Below the pieces are notes generated by a model. It was given only the letters and a program-made list of their open reading frames with translations. It was not told the DNA's origin and searched no databases. A stretch of 64,000 nucleotides of DNA, taken from a bacterium. Lineage in GTDB: Bacteria > SAR324 > NAC60-12. The DNA lies in assembly GCA_965205865.1 (NCBI GenBank), contig CBDBHR010000030.1, positions 1,152,001 through 1,216,000 on the forward strand, read 5' to 3'. A program made the position numbers and the translations under genes. Below, one piece after another: positions 1-9,967 of this stretch (position 1 is the first letter of the stretch; every line of letters starts with the position of its first letter).

Positions 1-2766
1 CGGGTTGTAGCTTCCAAGAGGCGTTGGCACCCGAAACCATCCGGGAAGCTTGGCATACACCCTGACGGCATCGTTCTTTTCGAGTTGGTCCGCAAAACCG
101 GCTTCGATGCCTGATTCGTAAACGACCTGCTCGTAGACCGATTTTGTCGCGTTTCCCAACATATTCTTCAGATAGCCGGTCAATTCTTCCTTCTCGAAGA
201 GTTCCTGCGCGTAGTAGTGCTCATCTCCGATCCGCCGGTATTTGATGCCGTCTACCAAGACCTGCTGCTTGCAGCGGTTGACAACCTGCGCGGCAAACTC
301 GATGAAGTGTTGCGGATTGCGCTTGAATTCGTCGAGGCGTCCACTTTCGCAAAGAATACGCTGTATGCTGCGTCGCGTGAGTTGCGTGCGGTCCTGAAGC
401 TCAGTCAGCAGGTCCGGCAGTTCGATATCGATATCGTCCAGCACCACGGTTGCCGCTCCACTCGTCTCGGTCGCTTCCACGCCGGACTGACCGATAGCGA
501 TGTCGGCCTTACGCCATTGAAGGCGGGATTTGGGGATCACCGGCGCATTCTTTAATTCACGTGCGCACTTTGCGAGCAGGTCTTCGTTATCGAACGCCAC
601 GCGGTAGGTGGTTTTGTGCTTGATACGATCCCAGAGCGCTTTGAATTCAGCGCTGTGTAGAATCGCCTGACGCGGACGTACCGTGCGGCGCTCGTCGGCG
701 TTCCTGATTTCCAGACCTCCGGCGAGCTTACGCAGCAGTTCGGTGATAGCAGCCTGTTGCCCGCTGAATTCAGCGGGCACGTTGAAGGTCTCGTCCTTGA
801 GCGCCTTACGGAGGGAATCTTGTATCCGCCCCTGCGCATCGATATATCCTTCTGTCTTCAGGTACTTGCAAAGGAACTGTGACGCTTCGAGGCCAAGAGT
901 CGATGTTTGTCCGTCTTGCCCGACGACCGGAAAAGCCGCAAACTGATGTAACTCCACAACGCCAAAGCGAATCCCCGTTTCGTTTTCGATCTCCTGTTGC
1001 AATTTCCCGGCAAATTCCTCGTAGCTCTCGGTGGCGACCACCGTGAGCGTGTTGACGTCGAAACCACGCAGGCGTTCTCCTTCCTGGTTGACGCAAAGTC
1101 GGAGACCGCGCCCGATCGTCTGTCTGCGCTCCCGTTCGCTGCTCATGTCGCGAAGCGCGCAAATCTGGAAGACGTTGGGGTTATCCCAGCCTTCGCGCAG
1201 CGCTGAATGAGAAAAGATGAACTTGAGCGGAGTCTCCATACTCAAGAGTTTTTCCTTCTCTTTCATGATCAGGTTGTAGGCCCGTTCCGCGTTGTCTCGA
1301 TTGTTCTGGTTGTTCTCCGCGGTATCCGTCCAACCGCCCTTCTTGTCGATGGAGAAGTAACCATTGTGGACTTCCCCGGCAGCTGTGGCGATATCCACTT
1401 CCTGAAAAAGCGTGCAGTAGTCCGGAAGATTGGCGAGACGGCGGTACTCTTCCTCGAACATCCTGGCAAAAATTCCCTTGATGGCGTTTCCGTCTTCGTC
1501 ATACTGCCGGTAACGATTGACGGCATCGATGAAGAAGAGACTGAGCACCTTGATCCCCTGCGAGCGCAAGCGCTTCTCCTTGTCGAAATGTTCCCGGATG
1601 GTGCGACGAATCATTTGTCGTTGGACAGCGAGCACATCCACGTCACCCCAGGTTTCACGCAACCGCAGGAATTGCTCGCCACCGGGAACGCGGAGTTCGA
1701 TGAATTCGTTACTTTTTTCCACCCGGATTTCGCCGATGCGACAATCATGGTAGAGGGCGCGTTTCGTTATCTGAGCAAGATCGTCGCCATCCTGGACGGT
1801 CATCTCCCGGCGTCGCACTTTTCCAGCTACCTCGACGTCGAGTTCAACCCTGGCGCTGATGACGCCGCGCCGGTTGCTCGTCGCAAGCAGGCGAACGTAT
1901 GGTTTGTTATAGGCCCCTTCGACCGTAGCCGACGCCACCTCGATTTGTTTCACCAGCTTGCGTTCGTAGGCATCGACGGCGTCGAGCCGGTAGACCATGT
2001 GATGCCGGTCGGCATGCGTCGCCGAATAACGCAGCGCGCAGAGTGGATTCATTTTTTTCAGGGCCTCTCTGCCACGCCCTTGCAAACCACCGTCCACGCT
2101 TTGCGGTTCATCGACGATAAGAATGGGTCGCGTGGCCCGGATCAAGTCGATAGGCTTCTCGCCACCGGTCTTCTCGCTGTCCTTGTAGAGGTTGTTGACG
2201 TCTTTCTTGTTAATCGCGCCAACCGTTACCACCATGATCTGCACCAACTGGCTGCTGGCGAAATTCCGCACCTGCCCCAGTTTCGCGGAATCGTAGAGGA
2301 AATATTCGAAAGGCGTACCCGAGTACAGCGCCCGCAAATGATCGTCCGTGATCTGCAGCGCTTTGTAGACGCCCTCCTTGATGGCAACCGACGGCACGAC
2401 GATGACGAACTTGGTGAACCCGTAGCGTTTGTTCAGTTCGAAAATCGTGCGCAGGTAGACGTAGGTTTTACCGGTTCCGGTCTCCATCTCCACGCTGAAG
2501 TCCCCGGAATCCAGGGTACCGGAGGGGGGTAAACCGTGGCGGAGTTGAATAGCATTCAGGTTTTCCAGGATTTTCTCGTCGGGCAGAGCGAGCCGGTTAC
2601 CGATGCCAAGCTCGTATTCGGCATAAGTCGACCCCACGTGGGGTTGTGTAGGGTCAGGCGTGACAGTGAACTCGGAGCGACAAACCTCCTGACCACGGAA
2701 CAGCTCGCAGACAGCTTCAATCGCCTGAATTTGAAAATCGAGGTTCGGTTCAAAATGGAGTTTCAT
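1..2766 (-). CDS. res: Type III restriction enzyme Res subunit (runs off the window, so absent from the ORF track)
   Basis: Hand translation of the minus strand from ATG at 2766 gives MKLHFEPNLDFQ...EMETGTGKTYVY (Walker A)...IVDEPQ...FSHSALREGWDNPNVFQIC...QTIGRGLR. The ATG overlaps the dcm stop (ATGA). Confidence 0.93.
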   Translation of the reverse strand, partial: MKLHFEPNLDFQIQAIEAVCELFRGQEVCRSEFTVTPDPTQPHVGSTYAEYELGIGNRLALPDEKILENLNAIQLRHGLPPSGTLDSGDFSVEMETGTGKTYVYLRTIFELNKRYGFTKFVIVVPSVAIKEGVYKALQITDDHLRALYSGTPFEYFLYDSAKLGQVRNFASSQLVQIMVVTVGAINKKDVNNLYKDSEKTGGEKPIDLIRATRPILIVDEPQSVDGGLQGRGREALKKMNPLCALRYSATHADRHHMVYRLDAVDAYERKLVKQIEVASATVEGAYNKPYVRLLATSNRRGVISARVELDVEVAGKVRRREMTVQDGDDLAQITKRALYHDCRIGEIRVEKSNEFIELRVPGGEQFLRLRETWGDVDVLAVQRQMIRRTIREHFDKEKRLRSQGIKVLSLFFIDAVNRYRQYDEDGNAIKGIFARMFEEEYRRLANLPDYCTLFQEVDIATAAGEVHNGYFSIDKKGGWTDTAENNQNNRDNAERAYNLIMKEKEKLLSMETPLKFIFSHSALREGWDNPNVFQICALRDMSSERERRQTIGRGLRLCVNQEGERLRGFDVNTLTVVATESYEEFAGKLQQEIENETGIRFGVVELHQFAAFPVVGQDGQTSTLGLEASQFLCKYLKTEGYIDAQGRIQDSLRKALKDETFNVPAEFSGQQAAITELLRKLAGGLEIRNADERRTVRPRQAILHSAEFKALWDRIKHKTTYRVAFDNEDLLAKCARELKNAPVIPKSRLQWRKADIAIGQSGVEATETSGAATVVLDDIDIELPDLLTELQDRTQLTRRSIQRILCESGRLDEFKRNPQHFIEFAAQVVNRCKQQVLVDGIKYRRIGDEHYYAQELFEKEELTGYLKNMLGNATKSVYEQVVYESGIEAGFADQLEKNDAVRVYAKLPGWFRVPTPLGSYNP

Positions 2767-3815
2767 CGCATGCTTCTTTGGATGATTGCATTTATTAAAA
2801 TGTGTTTACCGATTTGCTCCGCAAGCCTGACGGGAATCGCATTGCCTATCTGCATTGCGATGTGTTTGTTGGACCCGAAGAATTCGTATCCGTCGGGAAA
2901 AGACTGTATGGTAGCTGCTTCTCGCAGGGATATTGCTCTGTCCTGCTCGGGGTGCCCGTATCTACCGTTGGATATGCTGTGACAACGCCCTGTGAGCGCC
3001 GGAGCGGGGTAATCCCAGCGCATTCTTCCGTAAACGTCGGTGTGGCCTTTGTAGTCCCCCGCGTGACATTCGAGTCTCAGGTTTTTCGGCCATGACTTCC
3101 GGTCTCCGCCGTCATGGGGGGTTAAACGCAGACGTTCGAGATTCAAGTCAGTGATGGATGCCGCGACATGATTCGGAATTCTCGAATGGCGCTCTCCTGC
3201 AGAAATGGAGGGAAAGTGGGAGATGGCCTGCCGCACCGTCCTGAACGGTCGAAGTTTATTTCCATATTTTGGCTCGGGCAACGATGATGGTCGATATCGC
3301 ATCGCCAACAATACAAGGCGTCGTCTATTTTGAGGTACCCCATAGTGTTTCACATCAAGAACGCGACAATCGTATTTGTATTCGTTCGCCTTCAGCATCC
3401 GGAGAAACCGACGAAAAGTACTGAATCCACGTACCCTGGAAATACCGGGAACATTTTCAATCAACACGTAACCGGGCAACATGGCTTCAACAAGACGACC
3501 GAACTCACCCAACAGTGTTGTGTCACACCGCTGTCTACTCCGCTTAAATTGAGAGCTGAAAGGTTGACACGGAGCGCATCCGGCGAAGAGAAAGTCATCA
3601 TATCGCCCGGACTGATATTTCAGAACCGGATGATCCGCTCCGACCTGCCTGATGTCTGCCTGAACGAATCGGACTCCCGGATTATTGTATTCATAGGTGA
3701 GTTGGCAGCGATCATCACAATCGAATCCGGCAATGACTTCAATACCTGCATCAAGCAAACCGCGAGTAAGCCCTCCGGCTCCACAAAAGAAATCATAGGC
3801 TTTCATGTTTCTCAC
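2763..3815 (-). CDS. dcm: DNA (cytosine-5)-methyltransferase
   Basis: FFCGAGG (motif I), APCQPFS (catalytic PC), ENV, QNRRR and QIGNA motifs. Confidence 0.95.
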   Translation of the reverse strand: MRNMKAYDFFCGAGGLTRGLLDAGIEVIAGFDCDDRCQLTYEYNNPGVRFVQADIRQVGADHPVLKYQSGRYDDFLFAGCAPCQPFSSQFKRSRQRCDTTLLGEFGRLVEAMLPGYVLIENVPGISRVRGFSTFRRFLRMLKANEYKYDCRVLDVKHYGVPQNRRRLVLLAMRYRPSSLPEPKYGNKLRPFRTVRQAISHFPSISAGERHSRIPNHVAASITDLNLERLRLTPHDGGDRKSWPKNLRLECHAGDYKGHTDVYGRMRWDYPAPALTGRCHSISNGRYGHPEQDRAISLREAATIQSFPDGYEFFGSNKHIAMQIGNAIPVRLAEQIGKHILINAIIQRSMR

Positions 3816-4984
3816 TCACTGTCTTCACTTTGCAGATTCTTGATGATTTCCTGACACCACTCAGCAAAATTCCGATCCGGCAGACCCGGCCGACAAGCGG
3901 TTTGCAAATATGCCCATGCAATCAACTCTCGAAAGGGACTGTCTACAGAGGCAACTCGTAGAAAGGGCTTGTGCGAATCTAAGTTGCCTATATCTTCGAT
4001 ACCAATAAGCTCCAAATCTCGCAGGTTGGCTGTCATTGTCGGAATTTTCCCCTTCAAGCGGGGAAAAGGAATAAGGGTCTCGAAGTAACCCTGTGTAAGC
4101 ATTACGCTACGCAGACGATCCTCCAGATTCTGAATCTTGGTTTTCCCCATATTCTGAATCTCGATTTTTCCCAGACTTGTCCGATCAAGACCGTTTTTCA
4201 TTGAGCAACATTTTGCAACCAGAACCTGTGATACCTTCGGTTTGCGACCATCGGTTCGTACAAGATCACATGAAGGAGTGAGAATCACACGAAACAAAGT
4301 GGGGTCGTCATCCTTACCTTCTGCAACTTTCAGGACATCGCCAAGCTGGGTATCATCACTTACCGGCGGGAACAGGTATTGCTCCCAACCGGCAAGCACC
4401 TTTCCATCCGGTAAAGGCTCATCCATCAGGGCAGCAAGACGGCGTCTGCCCGAACGCTTGATCGTCTCAATGCGTTGTTTATCATCAGGGAAGGCGTCGA
4501 AGGCATAAGGCGCAACTTCGCGCATGGCGCACGAAAAATGATGCTTAATGTGGTTTTCACCTTCCCTCAGCGCCTGGACTTGGGGATACAGCTCATTTAA
4601 GACCTTCATTACTTTCTGGGGACTATCCGATCCTTTCTGAATACTTTTCACGAATGGGTGCGGATCACATTTTTCATCATGAATATCGGGTCGGGCAGAG
4701 TACACTACTATCGGACAGAAATGTTGATTCCAGATGAAATTACGGGTATTCAAGCCTTCGACTTCTGGTTCTGGAGAAGCACCTCCGACCAGGAGATCGA
4801 GTATCACAATGTTGGGATGGAGCGATACGATTCGGTCCTCCGCGTCTTCGAATCCACACACTTCATACCGCATGTCCTCTTGGTCTTCGATCAGCTTCAG
4901 AATGGGCTCAATGGTGTCCTGCTCGTCCTCGATAAATAGTAGTTTCAGCATGTACTCCTCTCCTACATTCGGCGTTGTTTCCAT
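3812..4984 (-). CDS. Response-regulator receiver domain fused to an uncharacterised C-terminal domain (LTPSCDL motif)
   Basis: FIEDE...ILDL...VYSA...K receiver pattern followed by a long C-terminal region with no evident HTH. The true start may be ATG at 4951, after an AGGAG. Confidence 0.8.
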   Translation of the reverse strand: METTPNVGEEYMLKLLFIEDEQDTIEPILKLIEDQEDMRYEVCGFEDAEDRIVSLHPNIVILDLLVGGASPEPEVEGLNTRNFIWNQHFCPIVVYSARPDIHDEKCDPHPFVKSIQKGSDSPQKVMKVLNELYPQVQALREGENHIKHHFSCAMREVAPYAFDAFPDDKQRIETIKRSGRRRLAALMDEPLPDGKVLAGWEQYLFPPVSDDTQLGDVLKVAEGKDDDPTLFRVILTPSCDLVRTDGRKPKVSQVLVAKCCSMKNGLDRTSLGKIEIQNMGKTKIQNLEDRLRSVMLTQGYFETLIPFPRLKGKIPTMTANLRDLELIGIEDIGNLDSHKPFLRVASVDSPFRELIAWAYLQTACRPGLPDRNFAEWCQEIIKNLQSEDSE

Positions 4985-7125
4985 AATGGTAAATCGAAGG
5001 TGAATGATGCTCCCCCCTTCGTACCGGGATATTCGGTCGACATACGACCTCCGTATGCAGCAACCAATTCGGAAGCCACGGTGAGTCCCATTCCGATTCC
5101 TCCCGGCTTTCTGGTCACACCGGGCCAGAACACCTTCTCCTTGTCATCTTCGCCGATGCCCGGTCCCGAATCGTGAACTTCGATGCGGATGCGCTCACCA
5201 TTGTTGATGGGAGTGAGCCGGAACTCCAGTTCCCTGCTTTCTTTCGGAACATCTCCTATCCAGTAAACGGCATTCGTCACGAGGTTCAGAAGGATCGCAT
5301 CAAGTTCGCCGGGGTCCACGGCTACCGTAGTTTTAGAGTCGGGTACACGGTATCGAACGTGTTTCCTCCTGATTTCACCATGATGGAGCTTCAGACACTC
5401 TCTGATCTGCTCCTCCAACACCGAATGGTGCTTCCGACGCCGGAAATTTCGGCTGGCCAAAGGGGCAAAGGTATCTGCAAGGCGTTCCAGCGCATCTACC
5501 GCCCTACCCGCAAAACGAACCTCTCCCTCAATATCCTTGTCCCGGAAGGGACCGAACCTGTTTTTGATGAAATCCAGGAAATCACCGAATACGGTCGTTC
5601 GGTTGCGAATCTCGTGTACCAGCATTTGAGCGATCGTCCCCACGGTCGCAAGGCGGCTGTAGTACACGAACCGCTCCTGAATCGTTTTGCATGCCGAGTC
5701 CAGGGAACTGCTGAAGTCACGGAGCAGAGAAAACGCCTTCGATGTTTCGACTCCTTCCTCTGTCAGGGCAATGAAATCCTCAAGAAGTTTTTCCGCGGAC
5801 ATCATTTCGAACAGATCATTCATCGGTTTTTCAAGATGTGGCTTGACCCGATCTTCGTCCCTTTCGTTCTCCAGAAGAGCCACGAGAAACTTCAGGATTT
5901 CCTCGAACTCCGCAACTTCGATACATGAGGCAAGACGCTCGCGGTCGCTGGTGTCCTCTATCCGTGGGTTTCCTTCGGCCGTTATGGAAACGTAACCGAC
6001 CATTTGGTTCGTGCTCAGCCGTGTTCCGACCTTGCTGACACGCCGGAGGTCGAGTCCGAGCCAGTCACGGGCGCTATCGGATTTCGGCAGCACCAGAACA
6101 CCGTCCCTATACACGGAGATACCCTTATGCGCACGAATGGCTTTTCGGACCTGACTTTTCTGGAACTCGAACCGTTCTGCGATTTCTTGCGTGTCTTCGG
6201 GAGCGATGTCCCATGCCCGCAGTTCAAAGGAAAATGGTCCACAATGTGTTTTGTCGGAAGAGTACTGAAATCGTGAGCGATCTTGAATGGCATCATGAAT
6301 CCTTCCCCAAGGATGCGTCAGGTCCTTTTCTCTGGGTTCACCTTCAGCGATGGGAGAAAACCGGTATGTTCCGTTTACGTTACCACTATAGTCGACACTT
6401 CCCCGGACGCTGTACTTCGGCCTCGATAGAAAGCCTGTAGACTCTATCTCGACTCCCTCGGCTTCAGCGTCATCGAAACCGGACAGAAAGATATTGAAAT
6501 CATCAAGGGCGGAAAATGGGGAGATCAAACGCCCGAGATTTTCTTCGAGATCCGATATTCGATTCACATCCCATTGTCCTGACAGACTATCAATACGAAT
6601 GCGAGTCCCGGAGCGGAACGGGGTGTTGTCAGGATATCTTCTACATGTGACAAAACTCTCTGACAGGTCGTTTCCTCCCCCAATGTCAGACCAATCGACC
6701 CCGACTTCCCAACAGGGAGCTTCAGGTGCCTTTGTCAACATATGAAGGCGCCGCCCGAGCCGCGCGACGGAAAGACGTCCAAGTCCTTTTTCGCCGGCAA
6801 CTCGACGTTCCTTTTTACCGCTCCTCGCAACAGGATTCAGTTGCTTGTAGGGAGTCGCAACGAGGCACCAGACGTCATCAATGATCTCCCTGGTCATACC
6901 GTTGCCGTCGTCCTCGATTTCCAAATATGCACCTTCAGTCGGATCATTCCGAAATCGAAGCCAGACATTTTGTGCGAACGCATCATAGGAGTTCTTGACC
7001 AACTCTATAACGGCTACGACGTCATTGGTCACGAGATCTGCGCCCAAGGCGGCAAATACCCTGGGATGCATACGAAACGGTATCTGTTCAAGTCCATCTT
7101 TTTCTTCAGACAATCTATTCTCCAT
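4963..7125 (-). CDS. Fusion of an N-terminal MORC/MutL-like GHKL ATPase and a C-terminal histidine kinase
   Basis: N-terminus has ELVKNSYDA, DDGNGM and GEKGLGRLS. C-terminus has an H-box (HEIRN), NAV, DSGPG and GIGMGL. No transmembrane segment is evident. Confidence 0.88.
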   Translation of the reverse strand: MENRLSEEKDGLEQIPFRMHPRVFAALGADLVTNDVVAVIELVKNSYDAFAQNVWLRFRNDPTEGAYLEIEDDGNGMTREIIDDVWCLVATPYKQLNPVARSGKKERRVAGEKGLGRLSVARLGRRLHMLTKAPEAPCWEVGVDWSDIGGGNDLSESFVTCRRYPDNTPFRSGTRIRIDSLSGQWDVNRISDLEENLGRLISPFSALDDFNIFLSGFDDAEAEGVEIESTGFLSRPKYSVRGSVDYSGNVNGTYRFSPIAEGEPREKDLTHPWGRIHDAIQDRSRFQYSSDKTHCGPFSFELRAWDIAPEDTQEIAERFEFQKSQVRKAIRAHKGISVYRDGVLVLPKSDSARDWLGLDLRRVSKVGTRLSTNQMVGYVSITAEGNPRIEDTSDRERLASCIEVAEFEEILKFLVALLENERDEDRVKPHLEKPMNDLFEMMSAEKLLEDFIALTEEGVETSKAFSLLRDFSSSLDSACKTIQERFVYYSRLATVGTIAQMLVHEIRNRTTVFGDFLDFIKNRFGPFRDKDIEGEVRFAGRAVDALERLADTFAPLASRNFRRRKHHSVLEEQIRECLKLHHGEIRRKHVRYRVPDSKTTVAVDPGELDAILLNLVTNAVYWIGDVPKESRELEFRLTPINNGERIRIEVHDSGPGIGEDDKEKVFWPGVTRKPGGIGMGLTVASELVAAYGGRMSTEYPGTKGGASFTFDLPLWKQRRM

Positions 7126-7152
7126 GAAAGTTCCCCTGGTTTCTGAAGTTCT

Positions 7153-7623
7153 TCAATCATGACACGATCGAGGAATTTCCAACAGTCTTTGATTCGAGTT
7201 CAGGAAATCAGCCGCTTGCCTGGAAATGACATCCAATGCCTCCAGGCGACTCTTGCCCGGCTTTCGGAATCCGCATTCCCAGATTGTCAGGATTCTCCAG
7301 CCCAGATTCTGCAATTCGGACACGGACGCCGAATCACGTCGTGCGTTTGCCTCGAGTTTTGTTTTCCACCATGATCGACGGGTCTTTGGTATCGAGGAAA
7401 GATGACAGCCATGGTAATGCCAGAAGCACCCGTGAATAAACACTACCGATTCATATCTTGAAAAGACCATATCAGGTGTTCCGAATAGGTCCTTCCGGTG
7501 CAGGCGATAACGAAATCCCATAGCAAACAGACGACGACGTATCTCCATTTCAAGCTTGGTATTTTTGGCACGGACCGAGGACATCAATCGACTTCTGGTC
7601 TCTTTGTTTACGATGTCTGCCAT
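7153..7623 (-). CDS. vsr: Very-short-patch repair endonuclease
   Basis: MADIV...RSRLMSSVRAKNTKLE...GTPD...FIHGCFWH...WEC. Confidence 0.95.
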   Translation of the reverse strand: MADIVNKETRSRLMSSVRAKNTKLEMEIRRRLFAMGFRYRLHRKDLFGTPDMVFSRYESVVFIHGCFWHYHGCHLSSIPKTRRSWWKTKLEANARRDSASVSELQNLGWRILTIWECGFRKPGKSRLEALDVISRQAADFLNSNQRLLEIPRSCHD

Positions 7624-7693
7624 GGATATGGACTAGGTCGATTGTCAATACTTCCGTCTTCATGTAGATTGTAACTTGGAAATATGAGGTAAA

Positions 7694-9646
7694 TTATAGG
7701 CTCCGCACATTCTTCAACCCGTGCTGCTCCAGGATGGCCGCGAGGTTTGTTTTGGCAACATCGTCTTCGAAGGCGCTGTCGCGGAAGACAATGGTGGTGT
7801 CGCCCGTGGGTTCGAGTTGCTTATGCCACTCGACAATTCCCAGGGCCAGCGGCTCGACTTCCTCACAGGTGATCTTCTCGTCAAGGCAGGTGATCAATGT
7901 GCCACCTCCGATGAAGCGCACGGACTTGCCAGCGATGGTCCGGGTCTCGACGGGTACGCAGAGGTCAAGCCCCAGCTTCAGGAGCAGTTCGTAGAGGATG
8001 TCTTCCTCACTTCGGTCCGGCTTGATGTGGTCAATGCTATCGAGCAAGGTTCCTTCCAGGTCGTCGCGGTTCGGCTCCCATGCGCGAATGTTGGAGGTGT
8101 CGAGCTTGAAAACACGGAAGCCGAGGTCGCCGGCAAATAGTGGATTCTCATCCTTGATCTTGTTCGCTGCTCGTCGGAGACGTTCCTTCGTCAGCTCGGC
8201 GATGTTGCTGGGCTTACCTATTTTGTCACAGAATTTGGCACCGATTTGCTGCTCCCTGCTCTCTAGGCGGATAGGTTCCGGAAGTTGGACGAGGATGTAG
8301 CGACGATTACAAGAGTCAGCAGCATTGTACTCCATCACCGCGTGTGCAGTGGTTCCACTACCAGAAAAGAAATCAAGAATTACAGATGATTTATCATTTG
8401 CAACCATTTGCAGGATATGCCGTAGTAAACCAACGGGTTTCGGAAAACTGAAAACCTTCTCTCCATCAAACAGGGCCTTCAAATCCCTAGTCGCTTTTTT
8501 GTTTCCTTCCAATCCTTCCCAAAGGTTCGTCGGCTGCTTCAAACGTCCCTCCAAGTAGAATTTCTGGTATACTTGCCATCTCACTATTCTATTTCTTATT
8601 ACCTGTTGCCATTCAATGTGACCATCAGCCACCATTTCCTCGTACCTTTCCTTTCCGCAAATCCATCGGCTTTCGTAGCCTGCGGGAGCCATAGGATAGA
8701 CCGTCGTCCCATCGGGGGCAGAAATGCCATAGTACATGCTAGGTCGATCTTCGCGGCGATCCTCCGCACCAGTACGACGCAGCGAACGGATTAGATATTT
8801 ACCACCCTCATCCTCCTTGTCATAGATGGTGGCATCCTCCTTGGTGAATGTAACCCCCGATATCTCGACATCTGGGAGCTTCAGGTAAATCAAGACATTG
8901 TCGGTCTCATTTACTAATGAACGGAACCCGCCGCCAGTTGGAGTTCCCGTCACTCGCGCGACACATCCAGCGAAGCATTCTGCACCGAACACCTCATTGC
9001 AAATCATCTTGAGATTTGCCAACTCATTGTCATCAATTGAGATAAAAATCGCACCCAGTGTCGAGAGAAGAGTTCTTGCTATTTTCAACCTCGGATACAT
9101 CATGTTCAGCCAATAGGTGTGAAACCGACCCGAAGTTTCCGTGTTGGAAGAAAGTTTCCCGGCATCGCCATCAATCTGTCCAGTCAACACAAGGTAGTTC
9201 TTGATGTTGTCTCGGTAGTCGTCACGATAGACGAAGTCCTTCCCTGTGTTATATGGCGGGTCGATGTAAATGAGCTTCACTTTGCCGGAGTAGCTCTTCT
9301 GTAACAACTTGAGCACTTCCAGGTTGTCGCCTTCGATCATCAGGTTTTGGGTCGTTTCCCAGTCGACGCTTTCTTCCGGGCAGGGGCGCAGGGTTCCCGT
9401 GCTCGGCGTCAGCGCGAGCTGCCGGGCCTGCCGTTTGCCGTGCCAGTTGAGACCGTACTTTTCCTCATGCTCGTCCACTTCGCCACCAAGCAATTGCTTG
9501 AGCACCTCGAAGTCGATCTTCCCTTCGCTGAAAGCCTCGGGGAACAGGGATTTCAAATAATCGAGGTTTTCGGCAACAATATCTTTTGAACTTGTCTCTG
9601 GGGCATTGGCGGTGATCTTATTCATTTGATCTATTGAAAATTTCAT
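7694..9646 (-). CDS. mod: Type III RM adenine methyltransferase (Mod)
   Basis: YIDPPYNTG precedes LDFFSGSGTT (beta-class order). N-terminal LNWHGK and C-terminal GFRVFKLD are typical of Mod. The start may be ATG at 9625. Confidence 0.95.
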   Translation of the reverse strand: MKFSIDQMNKITANAPETSSKDIVAENLDYLKSLFPEAFSEGKIDFEVLKQLLGGEVDEHEEKYGLNWHGKRQARQLALTPSTGTLRPCPEESVDWETTQNLMIEGDNLEVLKLLQKSYSGKVKLIYIDPPYNTGKDFVYRDDYRDNIKNYLVLTGQIDGDAGKLSSNTETSGRFHTYWLNMMYPRLKIARTLLSTLGAIFISIDDNELANLKMICNEVFGAECFAGCVARVTGTPTGGGFRSLVNETDNVLIYLKLPDVEISGVTFTKEDATIYDKEDEGGKYLIRSLRRTGAEDRREDRPSMYYGISAPDGTTVYPMAPAGYESRWICGKERYEEMVADGHIEWQQVIRNRIVRWQVYQKFYLEGRLKQPTNLWEGLEGNKKATRDLKALFDGEKVFSFPKPVGLLRHILQMVANDKSSVILDFFSGSGTTAHAVMEYNAADSCNRRYILVQLPEPIRLESREQQIGAKFCDKIGKPSNIAELTKERLRRAANKIKDENPLFAGDLGFRVFKLDTSNIRAWEPNRDDLEGTLLDSIDHIKPDRSEEDILYELLLKLGLDLCVPVETRTIAGKSVRFIGGGTLITCLDEKITCEEVEPLALGIVEWHKQLEPTGDTTIVFRDSAFEDDVAKTNLAAILEQHGLKNVRSL

Positions 9647-9845
9647 GTCTTACTTGGTTCCAGTCGAGTACCGGATCGGTCGGGTCGCGAAGTCGTTCCC
9701 GGGTTACATTGATGTCTTCAAAATCCTCCAAATAGCGTTCCAACGCATGGCGAACGATTTCGGCACGGCTGCGATTGAGTTCCGCCGCCGCCGTATCCAA
9801 CGCTTGCAACAGCTTATCGGGAACTTGCGCAGTGATTTGACTGAT
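9618..9845 (-). pseudogene. RHH/CopG antitoxin-like gene, copy 1, with ATC in place of the start codon
   Basis: Paralogous to 11492-11713. It has the same AAGGAG RBS but ATC where the paralog has ATG; the frame is otherwise open. Confidence 0.7.
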
Positions 9846-9967
9846 GATGAACTCCTTTTGGACGGGTTCGATTCAGATTATACTTCCGATTGCCTCGTAA
9901 TTTATCACGTTTGACTGGCCCGGTGCAACTTTGTCAGGATAGTGGAAACGCTTCTTCTTTCAAGGGT

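Noticed and set aside
1207-2532. 441-aa + strand ORF and neighbouring + strand ORFs
   Set aside because: Antisense shadow of the res gene, which carries the recognisable motifs.
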